Shown here piece after piece: positions 1 through 21,018 of a DNA stretch of 64,000 nt. The notes below the pieces were generated by a model, which had not been told where the DNA came from, did not search any database, and saw only the letters and a program-made list of their open reading frames with translations. Every line of letters begins with the position of its first letter. The stretch's first letter is position 1. A program made the translations under genes and the position numbers. The stretch comes from the human T2T-CHM13v2.0 reference genome, Homo sapiens: NCBI RefSeq assembly GCF_009914755.1, contig NC_060938.1; one strand, given 5' to 3'.

Positions 1-260
1 CTCAGGAGTTAGAGACCAGCCTGGGCAACATAGTGAGACCTCATATCTACTAAAAAAAAAAAAAAAAAAAAATCAAAAAAATTAGCTGGGGGTGGTGGCA
101 TGCACCTGTAGTCCCAGCTACTTGGAAGGCTGAGGTAGGAGAATCACTTGAGTGTGGGAAGTCAAGGCTGCAGGTGCCCTGATTACACCACTGCACTCCA
201 GCCTGGGCAACAGAGCAAGAACCGGTCTCAAAAAAATTAATTAAAAAAATAAAATAAAAA
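1..260 (+). mobile_element. Alu (5' part cut by window edge)
   Basis: Alu right arm and A-tail. Confidence 0.9.
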
Positions 261-845
261 GTAAAGTTTGTTCATCTACTTTATTGTTGATTATTAAATT
301 CTAGGTAGGTGTGTCCAGTGCATTTTGTTTATCACTTCTAGGCAATATTCACTCATTGCAAACTCTGTGCTAAATCATAACACCCATAACATCCAGGCAG
401 CTGGATACATTTCAGTTCAACTGGCAATTGGTCGTGCACAATTTGTCATGTGCCAGGCACTCATTGAACCTTTCCACAATCCTGCAAGGCAGGAATTACA
501 CCCATGTTTACCCAATCCAGAAGCTAAAGCCTAGAGATTTATGCAAGTCCACTCACTAGTAAATGGTAGGGGGATTAAATTAAAACTCAGGTCTTCTCAC
601 TCCACTGCCTCCAAAACAATTAATGAAACCTGCCTGTGAGATAAGGAAATGGAAGCACAGAGGTCAAGTGACCAAGGACTCTTAAACGTAGGCCACTGGA
701 CTTTCCATTCTTTGTTGGACACAGTGCAAACACGTCTAAGACGTAATCTATTTGGAACGTTAATCTGTTGTTAGCAAACTTTTCAGAAATTGTCTTTATT
801 TTCTATTTCTCTGAAAGAAAGTAGGGCATTGTTTCATTCGTACTT

Positions 846-1674
846 GTAGGATTTTAATTGAGGGAGGGAACTGAATGGTGACATAGAGAGGTCAATGCCA
901 TTGAAATAATTTACACTTAGGATTCCCTAGAGATGGGGGCACATGGGGAATGCCAGGTTTGGTCAGGCGGCAGAAGCAAGAACAAGGGGAAAGGTCTAGA
1001 TCAATGCCGTTGTTGGGGTTTCTTTGGGAAAGCCAAGACAGGCCACAGTGAACCGTTCGGGACTGGCTAGTTTGAGTTTACGGGTGGTCTCTAGTTGCCT
1101 GGGGCCTGGTCCTGGGATGATTTAGGGCAAGGGAAATACTGGCTTGCTGTGTGAGATTAGATAAATGGATTGAGTGGCTTGCATAGGAGGGGCATTCCCA
1201 AGCAAGTTGTTACTATCTTTAGGTATTGGCTAGGCCTGGGAAGGACAGCAGTCTCTCCCCAGATCTGTAAGGCCCCCCTGAAGATGTCAAAACAGACCAG
1301 GTGTGGTGGCTCACGCCTGCAATTCCAGCACTTGGGGAGGCTAAGGCAGGAGGATTGCTTGAGTCCAGGAGTTGGAGACCAGCATGGGCAATATAGCAAG
1401 ACCCCCATCTCCACACACACAAAAACATTCTTAATTAGCTGGGTGTGGTGGCATGTGCCTGTGGTCCCAGCTACTCAGGAGGCTGAAGTGGGAGGATCTC
1501 TTGAGCCCAGGAGGTCAAGGCGGTGGTGAGCCTTGATCATGCCACGGCACTTCAGCCTGGGTGACAGTGAGACCCTGTCTCTTAAAAAAAAAAAGAAAAA
1601 AAAAAGAAATCAAAGCATAAGATACAGAAAATAAAAGAAACACATTCCAATCTATGGTAATACAGTTCTAGATG
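846..1674. mobile_element. Probable solo LTR (MER76-like, tentative) split by an Alu at 1297-1608
   Basis: TG...CA ends; gatgtcaaa|Alu|tcaaagcataagatacagaaaataaaag continuity. Confidence 0.3.
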
Positions 1675-1827
1675 GTATTCTCTCCCATTGAGCAACCATT
1701 GCATTTTACCACTGCTGTTAGCCTATGTCCAGTTTGATTCTTTGAAGACCTCTTGGTTGAAGGAGATAAGTTTAAAGTTGTACCTACCTGATTAATATTT
1801 GGAAATTTGTTAAAACATAGCTTTTTC

Positions 1828-2139
<312 letters not shown>

Positions 2140-3751
2140 TCATGTGATTCCAGATAGCCAAATACAGTGACCTCCTTGTTATCTACGGTCTTACCAAGCA
2201 GAAATCTATTACTCGCTATCCACAGTTAGCCAGTGCAAGGACAATAGATGTTCTGAATAACTGTCTTGAGATACTGCAGAATCTTGAAGTTCTCTGAGTC
2301 ATAAAGAGAATGAACATTTTTTTAAAAATCATCTAGTGAGAAGTATATTTTATCATATTAAAAATCTTTGAAAATTGGAAAGCCAAGGATGTTACTCATT
2401 ATTTGATTAACTGGAATCTTCCACCTCCTGATCAGCCTGGAAGAAAGATAGAATATATTTTTAAAATTCATAGATTATTAACATAGTTCATACATTTTCT
2501 AACAAATGAGTATCATGTTAGGGAAAAATCTAAAAAGAAAATAAGTTTTCATATAGATGTCCGACATCATAGAGCTTAAATGGATTCAATTTTCAGCGAA
2601 TCTGTTGACATCCTTTTGATTTCAGTACCGTACCAGCATTTGAGGCTTCATATGTCTACCTTCCTTTTCAAAAGGCAGCCACTCATGAAAATCATGACAA
2701 TCAAATGGTAAAAGATGAGCAAAAAATAGGAACAACTTACTTGCGAAAACACCTCTTGTATGCAGAATGGAGGTAGTATCAAACTATTATGAATTTATAG
2801 GATCTTATTCCACACGCTGTCTCAGCCTTTGTTTTCACAGTTAACATCTGCAGCAGATGATGTTCACACATGTCCACATGCCTCGGGGACACACCTCCTG
2901 TGGGCTTTCCCCATTACACTTACCTTTTTCACCCACTCAAGGAAGCTTATTAGAATGCAAGTAAACGAGAATGGCATTATGATGTTATAAGCCAATACAA
3001 TTTTAGAACAAAAATCAAATCATTCCCAAGTTCTGTTGAGCTCTAATAGATAGCAAGCTATTTGTGATGCACCCAGACACTGATCTGGGCACCAGTATAC
3101 CCTGCTCCTGTAGTTGAGAACATCTAAGAATCACAACTCACCTTGGAAAGTTTATTTCACTGATCCACACTTAAATCTCTCATTCACTCAACAATTATCT
3201 ATTGAATTTGTACTAGAAGCTGGAGGAACAGCTGCTTTCACAGTTTAAAAGAAAATCACAGATGGGTAAAATGGTCATCATTATTAACATGATCTGTGTG
3301 TTGAATTTGATAAGTGCTGACCATAACATGTTGTACGTAAGTGTTTCATAGCCAATGGCATTGATGAAAGAGCTGGATCCATGAAAATTCCAAGGGGAGT
3401 TCCCATTTTATTAATTTGGCAAACTGGCCATCAAAGCATTTTGCTTGTAGCCATAGCTCTCTTTGGAAGCCTGTGATAATTGTGCTGGATAGGAGGCAGC
3501 GTGAGGCCAGGAGCCGTGGCTTATCCCTGCCAGCACTTTGGGAGGCCAAAGCGGGAGGATTGCTTAAGGCAAGAATTTGAGATCAGCCCGCACATAGTAA
3601 GACCTTGTATCTCTCTAAAATAAATATACATACATATAAGTATGTATTTTTTAAAAAAGAGAAAAGAGACAATGTGAAAATTAACTAGGAAGCTGATATC
3701 ACAGGGTTATCTGAGATTTGCTACTTATGATTTCTGCTGCTTTTATTAGTT

Positions 3752-3845
3752 AGAAAGGGAGGAAGGAAGGAAGGAAGGACAGAGGGAGGGCGGGGGAAGG
3801 GAGGGAGGAAGGAAGGAAGAGAGGGAGGGGGGAAGAAAGGGAAAA
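3752..3845. repeat. Purine-rich (GGAA/GGGA)n low-complexity tract
   Basis: About 90 nt almost purely A/G. Confidence 0.85.
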
Positions 3846-4068
3846 TAATAGATTGCACAAAATACTAATTGGGCCTCATAGGGTGGTCTCTGGAAATGGG
3901 GTGATTTTCATCTATTTATCCTCCATGAGAGGCAGCAAAGCCAATTGGACAGGCTATTTGTGGCAACAGGAGGTCTTGGCTGGTAACCAGGGGGCCATGC
4001 GTTCTCCAGCACCCTGCTAGTTAGCTGCGCTGTATTGTGCCAACTCTGGAGTCTGTCCTTCTCCCCAG

Positions 4069-4266
4069 AATTCGTTTGTGCACTGGATGCTTCGGATGAG
4101 TTTCTGAAGGAGCGTGTGATAAACCTTCCTGAGAGCATCGTGGCGGGGACCCACTACAGCCAAGACCGATTCCTCCGGGCTCTGAGCAACTACCGGGACA
4201 TCAATATCGACGATGAGACTGTCTTCAACTATTTTGATGAACTTGAAATTCACCCGATACATATTG
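4069..4266 (+). CDS. AK7: Adenylate kinase 7, internal coding exon (fourth from last)
   Basis: ctccccAG acceptor, GTATGA donor; 198 nt, phase 1-1; encodes [66 protein letters not shown] (end of the kinase domain). Confidence 0.95.
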
Positions 4267-4494
4267 GTATGAAATGAATTCAAGGATAATGTGAATGTCC
4301 AGGACCCCCAGCAAAGCTTGGTGCAGGTCTAGCTGTAATTGTGGGGCTGGGGGGAGGGTGGGGAGTGTAATCATGGGTTGGGGCACAGGAAGCCATGAAA
4401 TACACAGGGCACTCCTCCTGGGGAGTCATTCTATGTGGGGATTTGGTGGTGGGAGGGTGTTATTATCGTATGAGAATTTATGGATATATTGTGA

Positions 4495-4980
<486 letters not shown>

Positions 4981-5716
4981 GACAAACTCTTTTTTTTTTT
5001 TTTTTAAAGAAATGTGTGTATGGTGCTGGCTGCTTGGGCCATTCCCCCAGGTTCCTTGGGAGCAGTGTTCTGTCCCTGTTAAATTATTGGGCACTGGTGC
5101 TCTTCCAGACCCTTTCCCAGCCTTCTGACTGGCCAGCCCATCCCCGTAGCTACCCAGAAGAGCAAATAGCTCTTCACTGCGTTCCTTCTTGTTTCCTGTA
5201 AACACAGCTCTGAGCTTAGCACACAGCAAGCACTCATGATCCCGCATCACGTCAGCCTCATCGTCACCATTATCATTCCTGGCTCCAGTTCTCAGCTTTC
5301 ACAGCTGCTGCTACTTCCCTTGGCTTGTTGAACCCCTGACCTACCTTTCTGGTTTTCTGGACCTTCGCACGTATTCCTCCTATGGGCTTGGTGAGAAAGA
5401 ACCAGCTTCTGCCTGGTGGAAGCTTCCTGGCCAGGCCCACACCTTGGGCCTCCAGGGGCTGCTCTCTACCCCCAACTGCCCAATGGGACAGCATTTGAGC
5501 CCTGGAGTATCGGGAGGCTTAGTGCTAAGGGATAATGTCAGCAGGAGGCAGGAGAGCTAATTCCAATTGTGGCTGGGCCTCAGTTTTCTCATCTGTGAAA
5601 TAGGAAAATAATCAGGCTTGCAGGATTGTTACAAACGGTAGAGATGAGAGATACGAAGTGCCTGGCACATTGAAGGAGTTCAACAAGTGGTCATTTTGTT
5701 ATTCCTACCAACACTA

Positions 5717-6050
<334 letters not shown>

Positions 6051-6749
6051 TACAAAAACAATTTATAAATCTGCAAATTCTTCTTGTCTGCACCCTCAGA
6101 GCAGTGACTGGGTTTTGTCCTCATCTGGACATGTTTCTGCATGTTGGACATGCTTTATATGTAAAAGCTAAGGGTTCTGTACCTCCTAATATGGAAATTA
6201 GTTTACATTATTTAGAGAACTAGGAAAGAATGGAGAATACATTTCAGAAAAATAGTGATTGTCATCTTTTCAGTTAGGTCCCAAAAACTGTTTATAGGAA
6301 GATCAGGAGAGCCCAGGAGAAATGTTGAGAAAAAAAATAAGTAACAGGGAGGAATGAATGAGTGGCCATTGTGTTCCATCTCATCCTGTGCCCATCTCAT
6401 TTGGCCTCATCTACAACTGACAACTGGGAGATAATATAAAAGCAGAAGGGAGAAATGTATCCTAAGGATGGGAGATGGGGAGGGCGTCTCACAGCCAGGG
6501 ATGCAGCCCGGCCTCTGCAATGTCTGGAATGGGGCCCTGGAAAGATGCTGGGAATCACATCCTCTCATCAGCTCTGGACTCTGCTTCTCTCTCAGTGTCT
6601 CTTTGTCCTCTCTTTCTTTGGGCCAGTGTACTCTCCCCCTCTGTGGCCTGTGTGGTAGGCTGAGGCCACCCCACACCCCAGAGTTACAATGCTACCCTGG
6701 GAGCCAAGGCCAGAGCTGACTTCACTGTGTCCAATCCCACATTCCCTGA

Positions 6750-7866
<1,117 letters not shown>

Positions 7867-8602
7867 ACATGGGAGGGGTGGGCACAGCAGTGACTATGAA
7901 TGGGCGTGGGGTAAGCAGCTACCCAGAGGAAGGTCTGAAGGGGCTTAGTACCAAAATGTGTCTGCTGCACATCGTTCTCTGCAGACACCTTCCAAGCAGC
8001 CCTAAGAGAGTGGCATAGAATTTACCACCTCAGTGACCGTGGAGATCTCAGTATTTATCAATACACCATTTCTCTTTTTCTTCTCTTTGGTCTTGATACT
8101 AACATTTTTCAGATATTCTGGAGTCTGGATATTTTTCCTATTCAAGTAGACTCACTGAAATGGTTATTTTTTTATGAATTGAAAATGTATCCCAGTATCA
8201 TTGATTTTCAGAAAGGTCACCCTGTTTGGCCTCCCACAAGTGCAGGACTTCCTTCTGTAGAAACCTCTGAAAGAAGTGTCCCAGTCTTTGCTTGAATACT
8301 TCCAGGCATGGAGAGCTCATTACTTTTCAGGCAATCCATTCCCCCATTCAACCACTCAAATCAAGTCATTGTTAGAACTCATAGACCCAAGTCCAAATTT
8401 TCCTACCCACAGCCCTCAGACTCTGGTCTGATATTTGCCCGTGAGAGAAGAAATTCTGAACTATGCTGGCAATTAGAAAAGAAAACCCTATGTGGTAATT
8501 TACATAATTGACTATCGCAAGTTTATAGTAATAAAGAATTTTCCCAATTGCAGGCAGGCCTAGAATATAAGTATGTGTTGATCTCTCTCCTGGTATTTAA
8601 AG

Positions 8603-8823
8603 ATGTAGGAAAACTTGAAGATGCTCAGAATAGACTTGCTATCAAACAGCTCATCAAAGAGATTGGGGAGCCTCGAAATTATGGTTTAACAGACGAAGAA
8701 AAGGCAGAAGAGGAGCGGAAGGCTGCGGAGGAGCGGCTGGCCAGGGAGGCTGCTGAGGAAGCAGAACGCGAGCACCAGGAGGCCGTGGAGATGGCAGAGA
8801 AGATAGCTCGCTGGGAGGAGTGG
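8603..8823 (+). CDS. AK7: Adenylate kinase 7, coding exon (Glu/Ala/Arg-rich coiled coil)
   Basis: tttaaAG acceptor, GTGAGT donor; 221 nt, phase 1-0; [53 protein letters not shown]...RWEEW. Confidence 0.95.
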
Positions 8824-9014
8824 GTGAGTGGTGAGTGTGTTTGTGAGTCTGTGTATCTGTGGAACAGGGGTGCGGTGCCTGGCAAAGCCATTTAGGCCAG
8901 TTCCACTTCCCATCCTGCTCTAGGGAAATGTCATGGAAATACCCTAAACAAATTTGTGTTTGCTTTTTGTCATTTGTACCATTTAAAAAAGGATATCCAT
9001 GGTCTTTTGCTTAG

Positions 9015-9863
<849 letters not shown>

Positions 9864-9869
9864 TCACCA

Positions 9870-10560
9870 AAAATGGCACCCAAATCTGTCCCAAGCTCTC
9901 TACTTCTGATCAGGGGCAGTGTTTCTCATCCGAATTACGCAGTGTCTTCTCACTGTCCTCCCCAACTCCACCCTGCTCCATCTCCAGTCTGTTCCTACGC
10001 AGCTGCCAGGTGATCCTTCCAAACTGCAGACCCACTATGGCCATTCTCTGCTTACAACTCCTCACAGGCTCTCAATTATCACAATTTGATAAAAATCCAA
10101 ACTTGTCATTGTGGTCAAGGTCCTTTGTGACCTGGCTGCTTCTGATATTTCCCAATTTCAAACAGTGCACCAATGGTGGTCTTGGTCATCTGCATGACTC
10201 ATTGCCTCACAGACACCTGGCATCTTTACCAGAAGTTGTCTTTCTAGTGAGGCATTTCCTGGTCTCTGTAAAATTCAATGTCTACCCCTCCCCACAACCT
10301 GTCACATCCCCTTTTATACTTTTTAATTTTCCTCTTTGTACTTACTCTACCTATTATATACATTTTATGTATTTATCTTGTTTCTTGCCTTTTCTCTGCA
10401 CAGAACTTAAGTTACATGAGGACAGGGATGTCTGTGTTGTTCACTACCATATATCCAGTGCCTAGAATAGTGCCTGGCACATAACAGGCACTCAACAAAT
10501 GGAAAGAAGGAAGGAAAGAAGGGAGAAAGGAAGGAAGAAAGGAGGGATGGAGGGAGGGAG
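9870..10560. mobile_element. L2 remnant ending in a (GGAA)n-like tail
   Basis: ccagtgcctagaatagtgcctggcacataacaggcactcaacaaat; similar L2 remnants at about 19990-20840 and 23680-24620. Confidence 0.65.
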
Positions 10561-11019
10561 GCAGGCCCAATGCACACATCTTTGGGTGCCTGATTAATCT
10601 TCTTAACATAAATTCCTAAAGTTTGCTGGGTCAAACTAGACATGGTTTGAGTTTTGATACATATTTAAAAACTGCCCTCCAGCAATGGTAAACCAGTTTA
10701 TGTATCATCTAACAGGTGGCTATTTCCCTACACCTTCTCTAAACCTGCTTTCTCAATTTTACTCGCACATGTCAGGCTGATAAAAACTGTTCTCATTGTT
10801 TTAATATTCATTTCTCTGATCACTAATCTTACAGCTTTTTCTGTTTGTTAAGCATTTATGTTTCTTCTCATGTTGCGTATTTTCTTTGCCCCTGTTTGGG
10901 CTGTGTGACTTTTTCTTATTATTTTGCAAAAAGAACTCCTGATAAACTAGTTCAATAGAAACAGGAACGGCTCCAGTTGGCCTCCCAAGTCGTGCTGCTA
11001 GAGATCAAATCCCACTCCA

Positions 11020-11190
11020 CTCTCTCTGTAGGTATGTGGCCTTGTGCAAGCTCCTGTCTGTGTCTCAGTTTCTCCATCTGTAAAGTGGGGATAATGATAG
11101 CACCTACTTCATACAGTCATTGTGGTGACTAAAGAGGTAATATACGTAAACTATGCACGTGCCTGGCAAGTAGTGTGCATCACATAGTAT
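11020..11190. mobile_element. MIR
   Basis: tctcagtttctccatctgtaaagtggggataatgatagcacctacttcat core; other MIRs at about 480-620, 5575-5700, 53300-53440. Confidence 0.65.
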
Positions 11191-11398
11191 CCTCATCACA
11201 TCTTAACTTTTTAATAATGTATTGCAGTTTTTCTTAATTCATGATTTATTTTTTAACATTATTTATGGTATTTTCTCTGACCACACAAAAGTTTCATGTT
11301 TATATGTACTCAAATTCACCCACCTGTTTCCCATTTTGATCTCTGGGTTGGCAATCTTGCTAAGAAAGACCTCCTTTCAAACAAATATCAGCTAGGAC

Positions 11399-11688
11399 TT
11401 TTTTTTTTTTTTTTTTTGAGACGGAGTCTTGCTCTGTCGCCCAGGCTGGAGTGCAGTGTTACGATCTCGGCTCACTGCAAGCTCCGCCTCCCCGGTTCAC
11501 GCCATTCTCCTGCCTCAGCCTCCTGAGTAGCTGGGACTACAGGTGCCCGCCACCGCGCCCGGTTAATTTTTTTGTATTTTTAGTAGAGACGGGGTTTCAC
11601 CGTGGTCTCGATCTCCTGACCTCGTGATCCACCCGCCTCGGCCTCCCAAAGTGCTGGGATTACAGGCGTGAGCCACCGCGCCCAGCCC
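11399..11688 (-). mobile_element. AluY with the 12-bp left-arm deletion (Yd/Yc lineage)
   Basis: caccgtggtctcgatc instead of caccgtgttagccaggatggtctcgatc; TSD cagctaggact. Confidence 0.85.
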
Positions 11689-11694
11689 AGCTAG

Positions 11695-12200
11695 GACTCT
11701 TTATCTTGCAAGTGATAGAAAAGCAAACTCAAAATGACTTCACCATAAAGAAAACCAGAAAAGTCCAGGGGTAGGGCTGGCTTCAGGTGAGGCTTGATAT
11801 AGTGGCTCAAATGATGTCACCAAAGACTTAGGATCCCCCTCTCTGTCCTGCCTTGCATGGGAGGCTTCATTCTTAGGTGCACCTACCATGCATGGCAGGG
11901 CACTTGATGTGCTGATCTTTAACTAGAATTTTTTAAAAAGACAAGTCAACAATTTACAAGTTATTATTAGTCATGTATTTGTACTCGTACTGTTTACAAT
12001 TTAGGTATTGTAAATTGTAACCAATTTTGATGTTGTGCTGATCCTTAATTAGAATCTATGGCCAGGAGCTGGCTGGATGATGGGCTTAAATCCCACTCAA
12101 ACCAAACCACTAGGCTGAGAAGGGAGATTTCTCAAAAGAAATTTGGAATTATGATTCCCAAGAGAGAGGGTGGCTGTATGCTGAGCAAAGAATTGCACAT
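11695..12200. mobile_element. MLT1-type MaLR LTR hosting the 104-bp insertion
   Basis: ttgcaagtgatagaaaa.caaactcaaa...gtccaggggtagggctggcttcagg. Confidence 0.5.
11908..12055. repeat. 104-bp insertion flanked by 22-bp direct repeats; contains an inverted copy of 13829-13897
   Basis: tgtgctgatctttaactagaat (11908-11929) vs tgtgctgatccttaattagaat (12034-12055); reverse complement of 11935-12003 matches 13829-13897 at 65/69. Confidence 0.9.
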
Positions 12201-12501
12201 GTCACTATCCCAATGCCCTCCAGACTTTCTAGTGGCATTTCTTTTTTTTTTTTTTTCTATTTTGCTTCATCTGGGCAGCTAGAAATTATTTTGGTGTAAG
12301 AAGTGATCCAATTTATTATTTTCCAAATGGCTAAGTTGTTGTAACACCATTTATGTCTTTTCTCTGCTGATTGGAAATGCCATCTGTATCATAGATGGTG
12401 ACCATTTCTAGCAGTGTCTCAATGCACTGTAGGGTGAACTGTGTGAGTGTTCTCCCCTTTCTCACTACACATTTACTTTACCACCAAATATTCTATTTTA
12501 G

Positions 12502-12660
12502 AATAAACGACTGGAGGAAGTGAAAAGAGAAGAAAGAGAATTACTGGAGGCTCAGTCAATTCCCCTGAGAAACTATTTAATGACCTATGTGATGCCAACT
12601 CTTATTCAGGGCCTGAATGAATGTTGCAACGTCCGACCCGAAGACCCTGTTGATTTTCTG
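12502..12660 (+). CDS. AK7: Adenylate kinase 7, penultimate exon (Dpy-30 motif)
   Basis: ttttAG acceptor, GTAACA donor; 159 nt, phase 0-0; [53 protein letters not shown]; not in the ORF track, translated by hand. Confidence 0.95.
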
Positions 12661-12696
12661 GTAACATATTTAATTTTTAAAAAAAGATCAATTTGA

Positions 12697-13835
<1,139 letters not shown>

Positions 13836-13908
13836 TAAACATTACTAATACAAATACATGACTAATAATAACTTGTAAACTGTTGACTTGTCTTTTTTTA
13901 AATTGTAG

Positions 13909-13947
13909 GCAGAATATCTCTTCAAGAACAATCCTGAAGCACAGTGA
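13909..13947 (+). CDS. AK7: Adenylate kinase 7, terminal coding exon
   Basis: ttgtAG acceptor then AEYLFKNNPEAQ-TGA, completing the Dpy-30 motif [13 protein letters not shown]. Confidence 0.95.
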   Translation, partial: AEYLFKNNPEAQ

Positions 13948-14359
13948 AACTTGAAAGATCTGGTATTATCTACCTTTACAGAACCACAGATCACTTATTA
14001 TACTTTGAAAAATTGCTTTGAAAAATGCTTTTCCAGTTCTTAGAAAATTCTTTTTTTGTAGACAAATATTCTATAAACTAGAATCTCTATTAAAAGCTAT
14101 ATGACATGACTATGTCATTAAAACTATATTTGAAATGTAAATTGATAAAGACATTTGTGCATAGCTCATGAGACAAATACTGATTTAATATTTTATTCTT
14201 TAGTCAGATCTAAATATACCGCTTCTGTACACTAATGTTTATAGGTATTTATAGCATGAAGAAAATCAGACTATATATTGTAGACTATGTATTATTCTAA
14301 CATGTAGGCTAATTTACATGACTTGTTATCGCCCCAATAACAATGTTATTAGAAATGGA

Positions 14360-14365
14360 AATAAA
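14360..14365 (+). terminator. Candidate proximal poly(A) signal of AK7
   Basis: AATAAA with several upstream TGTA motifs. Confidence 0.55.
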
Positions 14366-14759
14366 TTGAAGTGATTTATGCCTGTTGACTCACAGTAAAT
14401 CAGACAAGATTGGTGCCTGTAAGGTGGCTTTTTTTTTTTTTTTTTTAAATGAAGCAATGGTTAGGGAAAGGTTGCTTTGAGTTCAGGGTCAGGATCCCAG
14501 ACAATGAATCGGAGAGAACTGTAAACCTTTAGGCGGAGAAATCTGCATAACAGGATAATTCCAATCTTTGTGATAAGTGAGAAGTTGCTAAATATTTTCA
14601 ACACACTTTATAACATAGGCATAAGTTATCAATCCTATAGTCTTTTCCAGTTCTAAAAATCCCATAAGATTCCTAGAATTACCCTAAATGAGAAATTAGT
14701 TTAGGTTTAATGGCATATGTATTTTATCTCTTTAAATAATGTAACCTAATATAACTGCC

Positions 14760-15555
14760 CGACTTTTTATTTGTGCTAAAATACATGTAACATAAAATTG
14801 ACCACTGTAACCATTTTAAAGTGTATAATTCAGTGGCACTAAGTTCATTCACAATGATCTGCAGCCACCACTATCTAGTCCAGAACTTTCTCATCACCCC
14901 AAATGGAAACCCAGCACCTATTAGGCAGTCACGCTCCATTATTCCCTCCCCCCAGTTCCAGGCAACCACGAATCTGCTTTCTGTCTCTATGGATTTACCT
15001 ATTATAAATAAAACCATATAATGGGTGGTCTTTCGTGTCTGGCTTCTTTCACTAAGCAAAATGTTTTCGAGGTTCATCTATGTCATACAATGTGTTAGTA
15101 CTTCATTCCTTTTCATAGCTGAATACTATTCCATTGTATGAACATACCACATTTTGTTTAATTGTTCATTTGTTCATGGACATTTGGGTTGTTTCCACCT
15201 TTTGGCTACTGTGACTACAACTGGCATGAACATTTGTGTGCAAGCTCTTATTTGAACACAGGTTGTCAGTTCTGTTGGCTAGATACCTAGGAGTGGAACT
15301 GCTGTCATATGGTCATCCTATGCTCAACTTATTGAGGAACTGCCACACTGTTTTCCACAGTGGCTGCACCATTTGACATTCCCACCAGCAGTGTATGAGG
15401 GATTCCAGTTTTCTGCATCCTCACCAACACTTGTTATTTTCTGTGTTTTTATTTTTTTAATGGTGATCATAGTGGGTGTGACGTGGCATCATATTGTGAC
15501 TAAGAATCTTTTAATGCACTTGCTTCCATTTCGATGTCTTCTCTGGAGAAATACA
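14760..15555 (-). mobile_element. Old L1 (L1M-type) 3' fragment, left of Tigger1
   Basis: Antisense L1 3'-end text (ccattttaaagtgtataattcagtggc, cattcccaccagcagtgtatgagg); minus ORF MNLENILLSERSQT. Confidence 0.8.
15007..15012 (+). terminator. Candidate distal poly(A) signal of AK7, inside an antisense L1 fragment
   Basis: AATAAA followed by GT-rich gggtggtctttcgtgtctggcttcttt. Confidence 0.55.
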
Positions 15556-19585
<4,030 letters not shown>

Positions 19586-20456
19586 ATACTATTTTTGACC
19601 CTTATATTTTAATTAAAAATCCCAATAAAAAGAATACATTCTCCACAGTTTGAAATCATTAGTCTTTATAATAGTTACATTTTCGTGCCTTCATTTCATG
19701 ACATTGCTTCCTGGTTTACTGAAAAACAAAAAACAAACAAAAAAAATAAGCCATCAAAAGAGAGCTTCTTTGTCTTCATGGGCGTGGAACCAGCAAAAGA
19801 AAAAAAAAGGATAAAAGAGAGCTTCTACATCCTCCCACTACAAACCTATCTCTACCTTCCCTTCTGCTACAGAGAACTGTGTGTGCTCCCGTCTGAGGTC
19901 AGCCCTCAACTGTGTCCTCGCTCCTGTCCCTCCTCACATAATCAGATTCTACTCTTAAAATTGTCTGCTTTCTCTTGTAGCTTAATTTTTCTCTCACTTC
20001 TGGATCATCATGCTAAGCTTTAAACATGAGGTACTAGCTTCCGTACTTCAAAACAAGACAAAACCAAATTAAAATGCAAAAACCTTCCCACACCTCCACA
20101 TCCTCCTCCAGCTATGGTCCCAATATAGCAAGGTTACTAGCGAGCTCCATATTTCCAAATCCAATTGGTAATTCTCAGGCCTCGTCTTACTGGGTGTCTC
20201 TGAGCATCTGACACATTTTATCATTTCCTCCTTCAAACACTTTCTTCCCTCCATCTGAATGTCTAGTAGGCATGCTAAACTTTAACATGGCCAACTCTGA
20301 TTCCTGATCCCCCTCCTCCCTCCCCTCTACCTGCTGCTCCCCCATCTTCCCACCTCAGTTATTGGTAACTCCATCCTTCCAGTTGCTCAGGCCCAAAACC
20401 TTGGAGTCATTCTTGATTCTTTTCCTTTTCTCTCTCTGCCTTTTTTTTTTCCCTAG

Positions 20457-20561
<105 letters not shown>

Positions 20562-20564
20562 TGA

Positions 20565-21018
<454 letters not shown>

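Larger units (their letters stand above)
13948..15035 (+). other. AK7: AK7 3' UTR (3' end uncertain; several candidate poly(A) signals)
   Basis: AT-rich sequence after the stop; ATTAAA at 14089 and 14117, AATAAA at 14360 and 15007. Confidence 0.65.

Noticed and set aside
2626-2707. Possible extra AK7 exon (ttttgatttcAG ... ATG|GTAAAA)
   Set aside because: Weak donor, 82 nt, no resemblance to the AK7 protein I recognise
12502-12507. AATAAA at the first bases of the AK7 penultimate exon (also ATTAAA at 53582 in PAPOLA exon 6)
   Set aside because: Explained by codons (Asn-Lys; Ile-Lys); no supporting downstream element
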